NCBI RefSeq assembly: GCF_018977255.1
Contig: NW_024704743.1
Span: 30,070,001-30,134,000 of the forward strand
DNA length: 64,000 bases
From: Callorhinchus milii
Lineage: Eukaryota
Direction of reading: 5' to 3'
The notes beneath the pieces were generated by a model that made no database searches, was not told where the DNA came from, and saw only the letters and a program-made list of their open reading frames with translations. This document shows, one piece after another, positions 1 to 12,155 of the stretch. Each line of letters starts with the position of its first letter. Position 1 is the stretch's first letter. Made by a program: the position numbers and the translations under genes.

Positions 1-3000
1 TAGAGATCTTACAGTAACACTGCTTTAACGTCACACTACTAAGTGCAGTTAATAACCTCCTGCAGTGTTTTCAGTAAATCAGGTTTCGGTAACAACAGGA
101 GTTGGTTGCATTTCACCATTGGACTGTGGTCAGGCTGGTTGGTCATAGCGTTAGTCAACCCGCTATTGTCTGTTCTCTCGTACAGGCCAAGTGGAGCCCA
201 TTGTTACTTCTCAGTCACACTAATGTTTGGGCTACTGGCTCTTTACAGCTTTCAGAACTGACTATCCATATCATGGAGGCAGAGAACTCACCCAATCCCA
301 ATGGAATACTAAAGAAGGAATTGGTTGATGCATCATGTGTTAGAGAGGATTGAGTGATGTACTTGCGTCCTGGTGCCTTTTTGACTGGAGTGTCAGAGGG
401 GTGAGGAATGGATAGCTACAGGTAATGCTAGTAAATAGCAACACAGCACTTTTTACAGTGTGAAACTGTAAGAACAAATTATAGAATTCTATCTTATAAG
501 TACAGGAACAAGAACTAGACAAAACACTTCAAATGTGCTTTGTTCAAATCTTTGCCAAAGTATCTTTGGATATCCAAGTATCCTCAAACTATTGGCTCTT
601 TGAGGATTATTGTGGGATTTCCCTATTAAGTCACACCACCAGCAAGATTTACCAATTTATTCACAAAGAGTGGTTAATTTAGGGGAAGTCACCCTGATCA
701 TGAATCTACCTAAATATTCCAATATTCTGTGTTCGCCCATAACAGCAAATTGCATTTATATTGCACTCTTCACGTGGGGAGGACATCCCACTGGTGCCTA
801 CAAAACACAAAGTCACTGTACAGTATTATCCTGTGAGGTGCTTTGAGATGCCCTATCAATGTGAAAGTCGCTTTATCAAATGTAAAGGATTATTATTTTT
901 ATTCCTATTAGCCTTAATAGTCTATATAATAATAGATTATTATTTTTATTAGTATTTGCACATAATGTGAATGTAATGTGATCATCATTTGATGAATGAT
1001 CATGTCTGAATCTTTCTCGTGCACCACCTTTTGCAACGATAATTACATTATGCAATTATATTTGCTATTTGTAGTAGCACTGTGCATGACCTTACAATTT
1101 TGTAAATATTAAATGCCACCTGACACTCATCTGCGTACTTGTCAAGTGTCTGTAGATGCTTTTGAATAATAGCCTGATTTGCCACACAAATTGATGTCTA
1201 CAAATGACATTCTATTTACAATACCCTCATCAAGGTCATTACCAGGGAAGGAAAGTCCAGGATGAGTTGTTGCTCTTCAATGAACTGCCCGAGCTATATT
1301 AGGAAATCATATGTGTGTCCATATGTAAATCATAAATTCCATGCAGTTTGTCGTACGTACTGCTATATTTATAGCCTCTGACTGAATATTGTGGCGTTTC
1401 AATGATCTTGGAAGCCACTGCTTCAGGCTTCAACTCTACTGGGAGACTTCAACTCACACCAGTGATGGGAAGGAGCCACGTACATCATAGAGTAGCTCTA
1501 TTTGCTCAAAAGGGACAAACTCTTGTCACCATGTATGGTGCTAAATCCGAAGCTGAAGAACCCAAGGAAAACGCCTGAGAATTGCAGGATATATGTTATT
1601 TTGGGGTCAACATGAATAAAGACATTGTGTAAAGTGTAAAGGCGAAGGCTTTTTAATCATTAGATAATTATTGATGTGTCCCATCATTAATTTCTTGTGT
1701 TTTTTTTAAAAAGGGGCTAAAATTTGTGGTGTTTGATAATTAACACACATACATACAAAGCATTGTGTGAAGCACTAAACAGCCTCAAGGTCACGGTGCC
1801 TCCTGCCCAGCGCGCTGGCTCCCAACTCTTGATTTTTTCTGTTTTTGATGGGGAGGAGTTTTGTTTTAAATTGTAATCCCTAGAGTGAGTTTCTTTGTTT
1901 TGTTTAATAGTTGTTTTGTGGGCTGGATTGCCACTAGCTGGCAATTGAATGCTGCGATCTGTGAGGCGGAAGATGAATGCTCCACCCTGCTTCACAGATG
2001 TTGGCATTGAGAAAGAACAGTGTCGTAGGAGCAAGGTTAGCTTCCACCACCTCCACGTCCTGAGATATTCCTAATTGTTTCCATTTTGACTTCTTGCATT
2101 TAGATCTTCTCCTCAACCCAGAAATGTATGCTCTTATTAGCCCAGTATTTTCTTTTACTGATTATGAATGAAACCTTGAGTCTAGTCAGTTTGCTTCTGT
2201 TAGAAAAGGCATCAATAGTTTTCCCCATTATACATGATTTACAGACAGGCGGTAATTCCGAGAATTAGGCCTCTTAATTGTTTTCTTTTAAAAAAAATCA
2301 GAATCATGTGAAGTTATCAATTGATATTATAACAGATAACAACTGACTAATGAATTTCACAAAGTGTCATCTCTTTTCACTTCTACTTATTTCTTTTCAT
2401 GACATCATTGAAATTGCAACCTTCAGGATACAAACCATCAAATCTAAACTGGTGCCAACTTATCCATTGGAGCAGACTGCTACAATGCCAATTCCCTGCT
2501 CTTCCCTGTACCCATTTATAATTCCTACTATTCAGTACACTTGAATGCAGTCCAATTGGGTCCAATGCTCCTATGAATCTTTTCATGTCCTTCCCTTTCT
2601 TAATTACTGTTCCATTGGCGTCCTCTAATTTTCCCCTTAAGTACTGATTCATCCTTCAATTCTCCACCCATTATTACATTTGGAACTGTACTACTGGAGA
2701 AAAAAAATGGAAAAAATATTTCCACAATTTTGGCATTAGCTTTTCCCACTATTTCACGGCTTGGTTCTTTGGAGGTCAATAATAATTCCCCCAGTGTCTG
2801 TTGGAGTGTTTTTTACATTGCCCCTTTTCATGTGCATTAAGTTTGTAGTTCCTCTTTTCACAAAAAATAAATGTTTCAACTCAGATTTATTAAAATTTTT
2901 ATAAAATTCATGTTTCCATTTATGTTTACTCAAAGCTCCATATTTACACTCTCCCCAGCACATCCTTAAAATCATACAACTTTTGCTTCATTCTTTCCGT

Positions 3001-6000
3001 GTCGTATGATAAATTTTCCATATATCTTCTTTAGATTTCTCCTAATTGATTTTAAAAATATTGGGAGAATGTCTCAAAGTGCCTGACAATACTGGCTGGG
3101 CACCTGAACTGGGGGTGAGAACCATAGGTGGTGTGAAGTGCGGATGACCGAAATGTATTGATCAGGAATATCCCAGACATGTTGGTCAAAGACACCCACC
3201 TCACTGTTCTCAGTGCGGATGTCCAGTATTGGTGAACTGCGAGTTAGCAGGACAGCTCTTTTATTCTTGAGTTTATTTTGTTTAGGAAAGTTGCTCTCTT
3301 GCTGATTGGCAATTGAATGCTGAGATCTGTGAGCTCATTCTGAGCACCTTTACGCATGTAGGCAGGAAAACCGGGTTGTGGTGTGGGGAGTGGGAAGAAG
3401 GGGTTCTACTATTTGGATATCTGGCAGCATTCCCAGTCTGTACACTTAAAGCGCTCTATTGTTGCTAAATGTGTAATTTCACCATGTCAAATGCAAGGAT
3501 TATTATTGTATCTTATTTTCTTTCCTCATTGCGTCCTCTTTAGTGAACAAAATCAGTATTAAAATTTAATTAAAAATTAAAATAATAATTTAAAATGTGG
3601 GAGAGGTTCCTGTGTATGTGATTTACAAGTGAATGGTGGGTCACTTCCAGAAAATAAACAGTCGCAGTCAGCAAATGCTTTCCAAACAAGATTCACCCCA
3701 ATTTTCTGATGACTGTTTTATTTAAATTGTGTCTGCATCAATGGTAATTGACACCGACTTGAATTTTCCCATTAATTACAAAGCAAGGGCCTAAGCGGAT
3801 TTTGACAGTGCTCTAAGTATGTAATACCTGTATTTACAGTATATTTTAAACAAAACTAAGATTTTTGCCTACAGCAGTTGTTTGCCTGAACAATGAAAAT
3901 TTTATAACTATGTATTTCTTATTGAAAATTCTGTTTAAAATACAACAAATTAGACCTTAAGATATAATTTTTACTTTTAAGGTACCTTTTTAACAATCCT
4001 ATATGTAACCTGTCTTCATTGTCAATGCGAACCATCGAGCAGAGCACAGCCAATTCCTACCAGAACTAAATATAAATATTTAAACATATGGGTTTATAAA
4101 CTAGTGCTGGGGGAGAACTAGCTTTATATTTTATGCTGGTAAAATCTTGCTTCTGGCAATTGGAATATAGGGGCTCATTGAGCCTTTTCAAGAGTTTGGG
4201 AAATAAAACTGGACATTTATAGACCAATGTCTGTGTCTTTTCCTCAAACATGTATTCCAAGGGTCTCTTTATGTACTCTGACATTATATTTGATATTGCA
4301 ACACCTGCTGTTTCTGACAGCATTTTCAACATTTGGCCAACTATCCCACCCTGATGTGTTTAACCAATCCACCTTAATTACCATTTTATGGTAATCATAT
4401 TTCCCATTTGCAGCACTGAAGTGCTTTACCTTACATTGTTTTCTGTGTTAAATACCACCTGTCTCGTTGGTAAGTCTCCTGTAGGTGATTGTGACCCAGA
4501 ATTTGATCCTGACATACTCAAAATATTCTAAATGCCCATTAAATATACAAATTAATGGCTGTATAATTTGGCTTACGTCTCAGCTTGTAAATTCGTGTCT
4601 TTTGACCCAGAATGTTTAGTTTAGCCGTAACTCTCTTGTAGGGGGAGCTTTATTTTTAATTAAATTTTGCATGTTGGGAGGACGTCTCAAACGCAGGATA
4701 TATCGGAAAGTGCAGTGATTGTGCATTTTGTAGATAAAATATGGCAGCTAATTTGCACATGGCAGTGTCCTACAAACAACCATGAAATGAATGACCAATT
4801 TTATTTGGGGAATTGCTGGCCAGCACACTGGGTGAAACTTTTTTATTTTTGAATAGTGCCTGGGATCTTTACCATTCATTTGAACAGGCAGACTCTGGAC
4901 TTAATTTAACGTCTCATCATTGTGGACACCTCCCACAAGGCAGTACACTCCCAGCACTTGACTGTCAATCTTGAATTTAGTTATTTGGACTCACAACCTG
5001 CTGACTCAGAGGTGAGGTTGCTGTCAACTGAGCTAGACTGACACCCATATTACAGTAACACTAATCTATTATCACTGGACTACCAGTGTTCTCTTTTGAC
5101 GTGGTGTAGGCTATTAATGGAATTGGGTTATTACTGTTGCTTGGACCCCATAATCAACCTGCTATGGCATTTCTAATTGAGTTATTGAGCAAGATTTATT
5201 TTTAGAAAAACAGCTTTGACCAATTTTCACAAATGCATTTTCATAAATTCACATGTTTTGGTGAATGTACAAATGTAATCTTCTTGCTGTTGAATGTCAA
5301 TTGGTGAAAACTGACTTCTTGTAAACTTGGACTTTGTGCTGGTCTGCAAAGGTAAACCTTTAAATGTAACTCCTGATATAACAATGTTTGAGTTATTACT
5401 GAAACCAAATGTTATTCTGTATAATGTCCAATTATCCAATTTTTGGATTCTCCACAATAGGCTGATCCCAGTTAGTGTGGATCATGAACTGTCTACTACA
5501 ATGTAATTGTGTTAGCCTAATAATATAGGATGGATGATGTGATGAATTAGCTAATCTTAGACAATGCAGTGATAGTAAGTGTGGAACAATTCATTCCCAG
5601 TTCCTTGGATTAGAGAAGGGATAATCTGCCTGTTCCTGATCACTAACTAACCTCACTAACCAACAATTCCTGCTGGAAAATGTATGGGTGTGGTGCCAGT
5701 ATCGAGTTGGAATGCGAACAGCTGACATCATTTGCTATCCAAGTTCACATATGACTAAATTACTTGGGGAGGACCTAGAGGGCGGTTGATAGAATGAAAA
5801 CAAACCTCAGCCTTTAGTAGAGGAAGGGGGAAAATATATATTTTTAAAGCTTTCATTTGCCTCGCAAAGGCTTCTGATGATCAGCGCTGAAATTGCTGTC
5901 GGAGGACACATGTAGCAATAGTGATGTGTGTTTAGAATGGGGCAAATCTTGCTTGATGTTGACATTATCAATGTTCCTACTCTTATCAGGAATTTCACAT

Positions 6001-6689
6001 TAAGTCTCTTTAATTCAGGCTTCCAGAAAACCAAACATTTTTTGAAGAATATTGTATGAGCAACCAAGAAAGTTTAATTTAATTTGTTGTGATTTGTTTT
6101 AATAAGTTAGAATTGTGCAATGTGCCTACTCTGTTAGTCGGGCTATTAGACAGCTACTAAGATGCTTAATGACTCAGTTGCACTATTTCAGTTGGTTTGT
6201 TTTTGGAGATCAGCAATTTTGTAGGGCCCATGTGTGCTTTTATCTATGGCTACTAAAAGTGTCTGCGATATTTGTTATTTATGCTGAGGCAACCATTCTG
6301 CTGCGTTCACACTGAATGAACCAGTCTGACTGTGTATTTTTGTTAAAAGTGCTCCACATAAGTCACCAATTAATAAAGATCAATTGAAACCAATCTGGAA
6401 GGTGAACAGCTTAATCAGACAACTATGATTTTGCACATTTGTCCCACGTCAAATGCTTTAAATAAATATGATTTTTTTTCCAGTTAGTTTTGTGACATGG
6501 AAGCTACTACCAATTGCATTAAATATTGACTAGACAAATTAAACTATCCAAGATTAATTTCTTGAATTGTGAAAGATTTTGGGTGGGTGCCTTACCAAGC
6601 AGTAGTTCTTCCATTACACCACCGGTAGGCGTTGTTGTATCATTATTTGCAGTCTGGCTTCAGTTTGATGATGATTTCATTCTTTGCAG

Positions 6690-6790
6690 AAGACAGCATC
6701 TTTAAAGCTTACGAAGAGAGGACAGAGACCCTTGGTGCTGTGGAAGTCCAAGAGGATGAAGGTACACTAGTGGAGCTGCCCATTGATCAG
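6690..6790 (+). CDS. DCDC2: DCDC2 internal coding exon (101 nt; third from last)
   Basis: Acceptor ttctttgcag| and donor cag|gttagc. Encodes (E)DSIFKAYEERTETLGAVEVQEDEGTLVELPIDQ, closely matching the recalled human DCDC2 segment IFKAGAERSETRGAAEVQEDEDTQVEVPVDQ. Adjacent to NRSN1, as in human 6p22. Confidence 0.92.
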
Positions 6791-6896
6791 GTTAGCAGTT
6801 ATGCAAAAGTCAACAGAAAAATATTTTATGATGGACTCGTTTAATAAAGGTATCAATACTGCAATGGGAAAATGATAGGGCTGGTATTATAAAAAC

Positions 6897-7296
6897 AATA
6901 ATTCTTGCATTTGATATGGTGTCTTATTACATTGTCGAAATACCTCAAAATGCTTCACAGGATTTTATTGTAAAGTGTTGTGACTTGTATTTGTAGGTTA
7001 ATGTTGTACCCAAAAACAACCATGAAGTGAATGGCCAATTTTATCTGGAGTATTATTGGCCAGGACACCCTAAAAAAACTTGCTTCTCTTTTCCAATTAC
7101 GTCCACCTGAATAAGCAGACAGGCCGTCACTTTTAACTTCTTATCCAAAGTATGGCCCCTCTGACAATTCAGCGCTTCTCCAGCACTGTGTTGGAGTGTT
7201 AGCCTAGACTATGAGCTCAAATCTCTGACATGGGGCTTGAACCACTATTTTCTGACCCCAAAATGAGAATGCTACCAACTGAGCCAGGCTGACACC
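6897..7296 (-). mobile_element. Older Deu-domain SINE, family A (SacSINE1/AmnSINE-like architecture)
   Basis: Minus-strand head ggtgtcagcctggctcagttggtagc, long central domain and shared L2-like tail. Related copies at about 4655-5045(-), 37523-37932(+), 50985-51395(+) and 61950-62367(-). Confidence 0.75.
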
Positions 7297-7406
7297 TAAA
7301 TTGTAAAGTTAAGCTCATCATTGTAAAGTTATAAAGAATTAACATTACATTTTAATATCCTTTCTTTGTTATTCTCTATTGTTGATGTTTTTGTATGCTG
7401 TGTAAT

Positions 7407-7467
7407 GGTGAATGGGTGTAATCAACTTCATCATCTCAGGTGAATGGGTGTAATCAACATCATCATC
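7407..7467 (+). repeat. 32-nt tandem duplication
   Basis: ggtgaatgggtgtaatcaac(t/a)tcatcatc occurs twice head-to-tail. Confidence 0.9.
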
Positions 7468-8216
7468 AATGTCATCATCTCGGGATATAATTTACAAAAT
7501 GTTACTGAGTTCAACAGACATTGAATTATTGCAAGCAGAAAACTGATGTGAATGTTGAAGCAAAATGGGTTAAGTGCATCTCCTCCAACCTAATTTAAGG
7601 GCTCTGAGATGTTGCCCAGCTTGAAGGGCGCTATATAAATGCAAGTTGTTGTTTGTTCCCTCAACAATATCGTGCATAACTAGTTCAAAGAAAATATAGT
7701 TTAAAAGAAACTCAATAGACACGTTCAACAAAAAAATAAACTTCAAATATAATTATTTTCATTAGTTTTGTTTTCAGAAGGGGCCCTGATGTTGAGAATT
7801 TATCTTTCCATAAAATGGTTTAGAACCATAGAAATTTACAACACAGAAGTAAGCTGTTTTGGCCCATCGTGTCTGTACTGGCTCTTTTAAAGAGCAGTCC
7901 TTTCAGTCCCATTTACCTACCCTTGCCACAGAACATGGTAGTTTGCTTTTTTTTAAGGTATTTATCTTGTTCCCTTTTGAATGTTAATATGGTCTCTGCC
8001 TCAACCACTGCTCTCGCAGGACATTTCATATCCTAACTACTCTGTGTGTGAAGTAAATTCTCCTAATCTAAGTATCTGCTAGCTGTCTTAAATTTGATAC
8101 CCTCAAGTTACTGACTCACCGAACAATTTTACATCTACTAGGGAAATTCCACCTGGATCTAGATTTACTCTATTTATGCATCATTTAAAATCACAAACAT
8201 TATTGAGAATTATCGT

Positions 8217-8600
8217 GAAGTCCTGTAGCTTATTGGTTAGAGCACTCGCCTTGCAAGCTAGAGGACCTGGGTTCGATTCCCAGGCAGGGCGAAACATCGG
8301 ACAAGTTTCCTTACTCCACATGCCTCTGTTTATCTTGCAGTAAGAAGGAACCCGATTGTTCATCGATTGGTGGATCACTTTTCAATGGGTAATAATCCCT
8401 TAAAAAAAATTCAATCCACTCAATAATAATGGTCACTCAATCCACGACTGTTTGTAGGACATTGCTTTGTGCAATTGGCTGCCGACTTTTGCCCATAAAA
8501 TTATACAGTAAATTTACTCCACAGTATATTCAGTAAAGTGCTTTGAGACCTCTCGAAGATTTGATAAGGTGCAATATCAAATGTAAGGATTATTGTTATT
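8217..8600 (+). mobile_element. Full-length tRNA(Ala-like)-headed Deu-type SINE, family B
   Basis: Head with A/B boxes (TAGCTTATTGG, GGTTCGATTCC), Deu-like block ttgctttgtgcaattggctgccg, and L2-like tail ending atcaaatgtaaggattattgttatt. Confidence 0.85.
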
Positions 8601-9394
8601 CACAAGATCGCAAGATTGGTTTGGATGAAGAAGACCCTTCTGCCCATTTGATTGTATCCTTTCAGAATAAAGACCCTATACTACTCCCGTCACAGATTAA
8701 AGCTACTTTTTAAATGAGTTCACTAATCCTGACCTCAACCACCCTTCCTGGCAACCTGTTGCAGTCATTAATTACTCTCTGGGTAAAAAAAAACTTCCTG
8801 GTATTTGCAACTCTAAACCTATACCTTCTTTCTAGTGTATTGGTGCATCCAGTGTTTTTGTGGATTTACATTTCCGATTGAAAAGAGAAGGGAGTTTCTT
8901 TCAGTGCCCTAAGAATCCAGCGAAAATTGGTCAGTCACTTCATTGCTGCTTGTGGGACATTAGTGGGCACAAATTGGCTGGTGTGTTTACTTCAAATACC
9001 CAGAAACTATACATTACAATTTGCGCTGCTTTTAGATATTTTGATGTCATAAAGCGTTATATCAATTGCAAAGATTATTTTATTAGAACTACATAAGTGT
9101 GAGTCTAAGTGTTTACTAATGATGTGAAGGAATAGGTGCCATTGTCAATTAGCGCACCCTCCTTTCATCTGTGGAATTTGGATCTGCATTTTATCCAGAC
9201 TGACGGGATTAAATGTTTCTTTTTACCAGTTCTACCAGTGGCCTAGCCACTGCCCTTACAGGACTAGCCGATACAGACTGGAAGGATTGAATCTTTCCCT
9301 TTGCGCTGTGAGCTGTGCTTAGCCAGGGAAGCCGTTGGGGTGCTCCAATTGGACTCAGCCTCCTTGAGTTAGACAGGAGAAAAGCAGACAGTGT

Positions 9395-9625
9395 TCCCAC
9401 TCCTGCTGATCACAATCCAGAAGGCTCTGTTAGAAGATGTATTTGGATGGACTTCAGGTGAGGGCAGGTTGGGTTTGCGAATGATATCCCTGCAGTTGAA
9501 TTGCCTGCCAACACTCACACATGAATGACAGTCACTTGGGCAAACTACCAGAGAGAAACCAATGATCATGGAACCATCCCCAGGTAAAAGGAAACATAAA
9601 TCAAACCTTTAGGAGAGGCAAGTGA
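9395..9625 (+). mobile_element. Ancient SINE-like repeat; related copies at about 5620-5830(+) and 31060-31185(-)
   Basis: Copies share ordered blocks such as ctgatcac, gttgaat(t/a)g(c/t)ctgc(c/t)aa(c/t)actcac, acttggg and a purine-rich end. Family name uncertain. Confidence 0.5.
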
Positions 9626-10012
9626 GAAAATTGGAGGAGAAAATTTGGTGGAGATTTTAAAATAAAATCTGTTCTTTCTGCTGGTCGAAAGAGTCTGAAA
9701 AGTAATGCAGTACGTTTACAGGCCACAGAGGCATTTGAACATGAGGGTGAGGATCTTGAATTCAATCCACGGGTGAATGGGGAGTGAATAGAACCAAGTG
9801 AGGATGGAAGTGATGGGCTTGTGGATTCTTCCTTCTGGTTGACTGGTAGACAGTATGTGACTATACATGTGAATTGTGTAAATGCCTGAATAGAAGACAA
9901 TATAAACATGTGCCCTTCTCCATTAGCCACAACACTGTCATTAATAAACTAAGTCTTAGTTTATGGATCTTCTTTGATGGATCACTTTTGTAATTTTTTA
10001 AATTGTAAATCT

Positions 10013-10729
10013 CCATTCTCAACTCCATCCCAGAGTCCTTCCGACTCCCGCTCTCCATCCCTTTGATCAAACTCCGTCTCAAGACCCATCCCTGACCGCG
10101 CTTTTGGTCAGTTTCCCCTCCCTTGGCTCCAACCCCTACCTTGGATGCCTTGCTAGTACTGCTTTGGAGGTCTTGCTGGACTACTCTAATGCCCTCCTCG
10201 CCAGTCTCCCATCCACTACCATCCATAAAATCCAAATCACTGAAAACTCTGCCGCCCACATTCTCACCTACACTAAACTCTGCCCCCCGATCACCCTAGT
10301 CTTTGCTAGACTGCACTGGCTGCCTATCCCAGAGAGAATCGATTTCAAGATCCTCACCCTTGTATTCAAGTCCTTGCACTCCTCTGCACCCCCCTACCTC
10401 TCTGACCTCCTCTCTCCTCAAAACAGTACTTGTTGCCTTTGTTCCTCCGGGTCTGGCCTCCTCCTCGTCCCCCAATTCCTCCGCTCCACCCTCGGTGGCG
10501 ATGCCTTCAGCCACTATGCCCCGAGGCTCTGGAACTACCTTCCTCACTCCCTTCGTCTCACTCCCTCCCTTCCCATTTTCAGGTCTCTGCTGAAGACCTT
10601 TCTTTTCGACCGCGCCTTTGGTCACCTTCCTCCCCATCCCCCTGGCTCGGTTCCGGGATCCGTTACTGTAAAGCGCTTTGAGACACCGTACGGTATGGAG
10701 GGCACTATATAAATCCAAGTTGTTGTTGT
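10013..10729 (+). mobile_element. L2-clade LINE 3' fragment (degenerate ORF2 C-terminus + 3' UTR)
   Basis: LDYSNALLASLP...[18 protein letters not shown]...PPYLSDLL...AFSHYAPRLWN...LKTFLF is the typical L2 ORF2 tail. Ends in (GTT)n. Confidence 0.9.
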
Positions 10730-10984
10730 ATATAAATGTAAAATTATATTGTTGTACTAATTATGTTCGAAGATACGATCACAAGAGAGGTTCAGACCTT
10801 TCAATCCATCTGATCTCGTCTTTCCAGAATCAGATGTCAGCCTGCCATGTTTGCCTAGATATCGCTTACACTATATATTTACTAAACTTTACAGAAAAAC
10901 TATGAAGTGCTGTGAGACATTTCAGCATGATAAGAAGCTACATCAAATACAATGATTATTATTTCCAACAGCGCAAAATTACCG

Positions 10985-11597
10985 TTTCCCTGAGCTGTGT
11001 TGCACGCCGGGATGCTTGCAGTGAGTTCCTAGTACCTACCAGCCACCTAGTGAGGCCTCAAGGTGACATGTTTGGCACTGGAATGTTGGAATCGAGCCAG
11101 CCCTCTGTGTAGCCCTCTTGGTCGTCTGGTTCCAGGCAAGTCCACAGTACTCAAGGGCACTGCTGATGACAGCACAGCCAGCCTGACTCATTGGCAGGAC
11201 TTGCAAGGGCAAACGCGTCACTGGGGGCAGGGAATCCTCCTACTCATCTCCTGTTAACCCTGCAAGTCAAAACCTTAATGGGTGGTCCTAGCTGGTCAAG
11301 CAGTGGGAAAGCTGGCCAGACAGTGATAACAATGACAAACTTTATGGTTTTAGCTGGTTAGACTCCAGCAGTTGCCCCAACACACACTCTGGGGTCCACA
11401 AGCCTTGGCTCTTGCCAACTTGTGCCCTAATACTTTCCAGAATTAGATAAGCAGAATGTGTCCCTCAAGGGAGAGTGTGAGCATTCCATTCCAATAAATA
11501 TCTGGGATTTCCATGTGTAGGTGGGATGCATGGAATTCTCAGTTTGGTTTGGATACTCTTAAGCATGGTGATGGGTTTCAGGCTGACCCAAAAAAAA
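10985..11597 (+). mobile_element. Unclassified A-tailed interspersed repeat (family U), copy 1
   Basis: Collinear with the reverse complements of 23963-24745, about 44000-44275 and 55084-55990, and with 61700-61830. Ends ggctgaccc(A)8. Confidence 0.75.
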
Positions 11598-11959
11598 GAT
11601 AATAGTGGTCTTACCAACTCACCTCAACAAACAGTTAATCAAACTGACTGATTCACAAGTGTTTTCAGTTCAAAAATCCTGTGATGAGTTTGAGAAGCCT
11701 TTAATACAGAAAATGAGCAGAGATTATGTGGTTTTAAGAAACTGAACCAACACCAGCAATAACCTGTCTGATGTTCCTCAGGTTGTGTCTACATTTGTAA
11801 AAATAAAGCAAATCCTACTGTTATCTTGTTATGTGATTTCAGAATCATTTAGCTGAATTTTTTTTAAGCTACATGAATGTAACCAGACATCTTAAAAGTG
11901 AGTACTTATCTCAACTTGACACATATATATATATATAAAAAGACAAGCCTCCAGGGCAC

Positions 11960-12155
11960 CGGGTAACATTCTGTGGTAGAGCACTGTTTTTTACCTCTGG
12001 AAACTGGATTTAAGTCCAGCAAAGACAGATGGGCTTAAAATCCATTTTCTCCAATGACTGTTAAAGGTACTATGTAGAATAAGTTCTGGCAGCCTAATTT
12101 TAGTTCCCAGTGGCACAAGTTCACATCATAAAATCTGCCTTCACAATCACAGCTG
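11960..12155 (+). mobile_element. LF-SINE-like ancient SINE relic (5' half)
   Basis: ttacctctggaaactggatttaagtccagc...gactgtt...tatgtagaataagtt...agttcccagtggcacaagttcacatcataaaatctgccttcacaat is collinear with the recalled LF-SINE consensus. Confidence 0.5.

Noticed and set aside
1-6689. Upstream DCDC2 exons (doublecortin domains)
   Set aside because: No ORF or splice-bounded segment with recognisable similarity. They probably lie before the window, though a poorly conserved exon could be missed.
10104-10712. 202-aa ORF and similar ORFs at 16946, 25002, 33840 and 50180
   Set aside because: Degenerate L2 ORF2 C-terminal fragments with frameshifts, not host genes.
11155-11200. CTGATGA in family U as a hammerhead core or C/D box
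   Set aside because: No stem II followed by GAAA and no properly placed C/D pair with a terminal stem.
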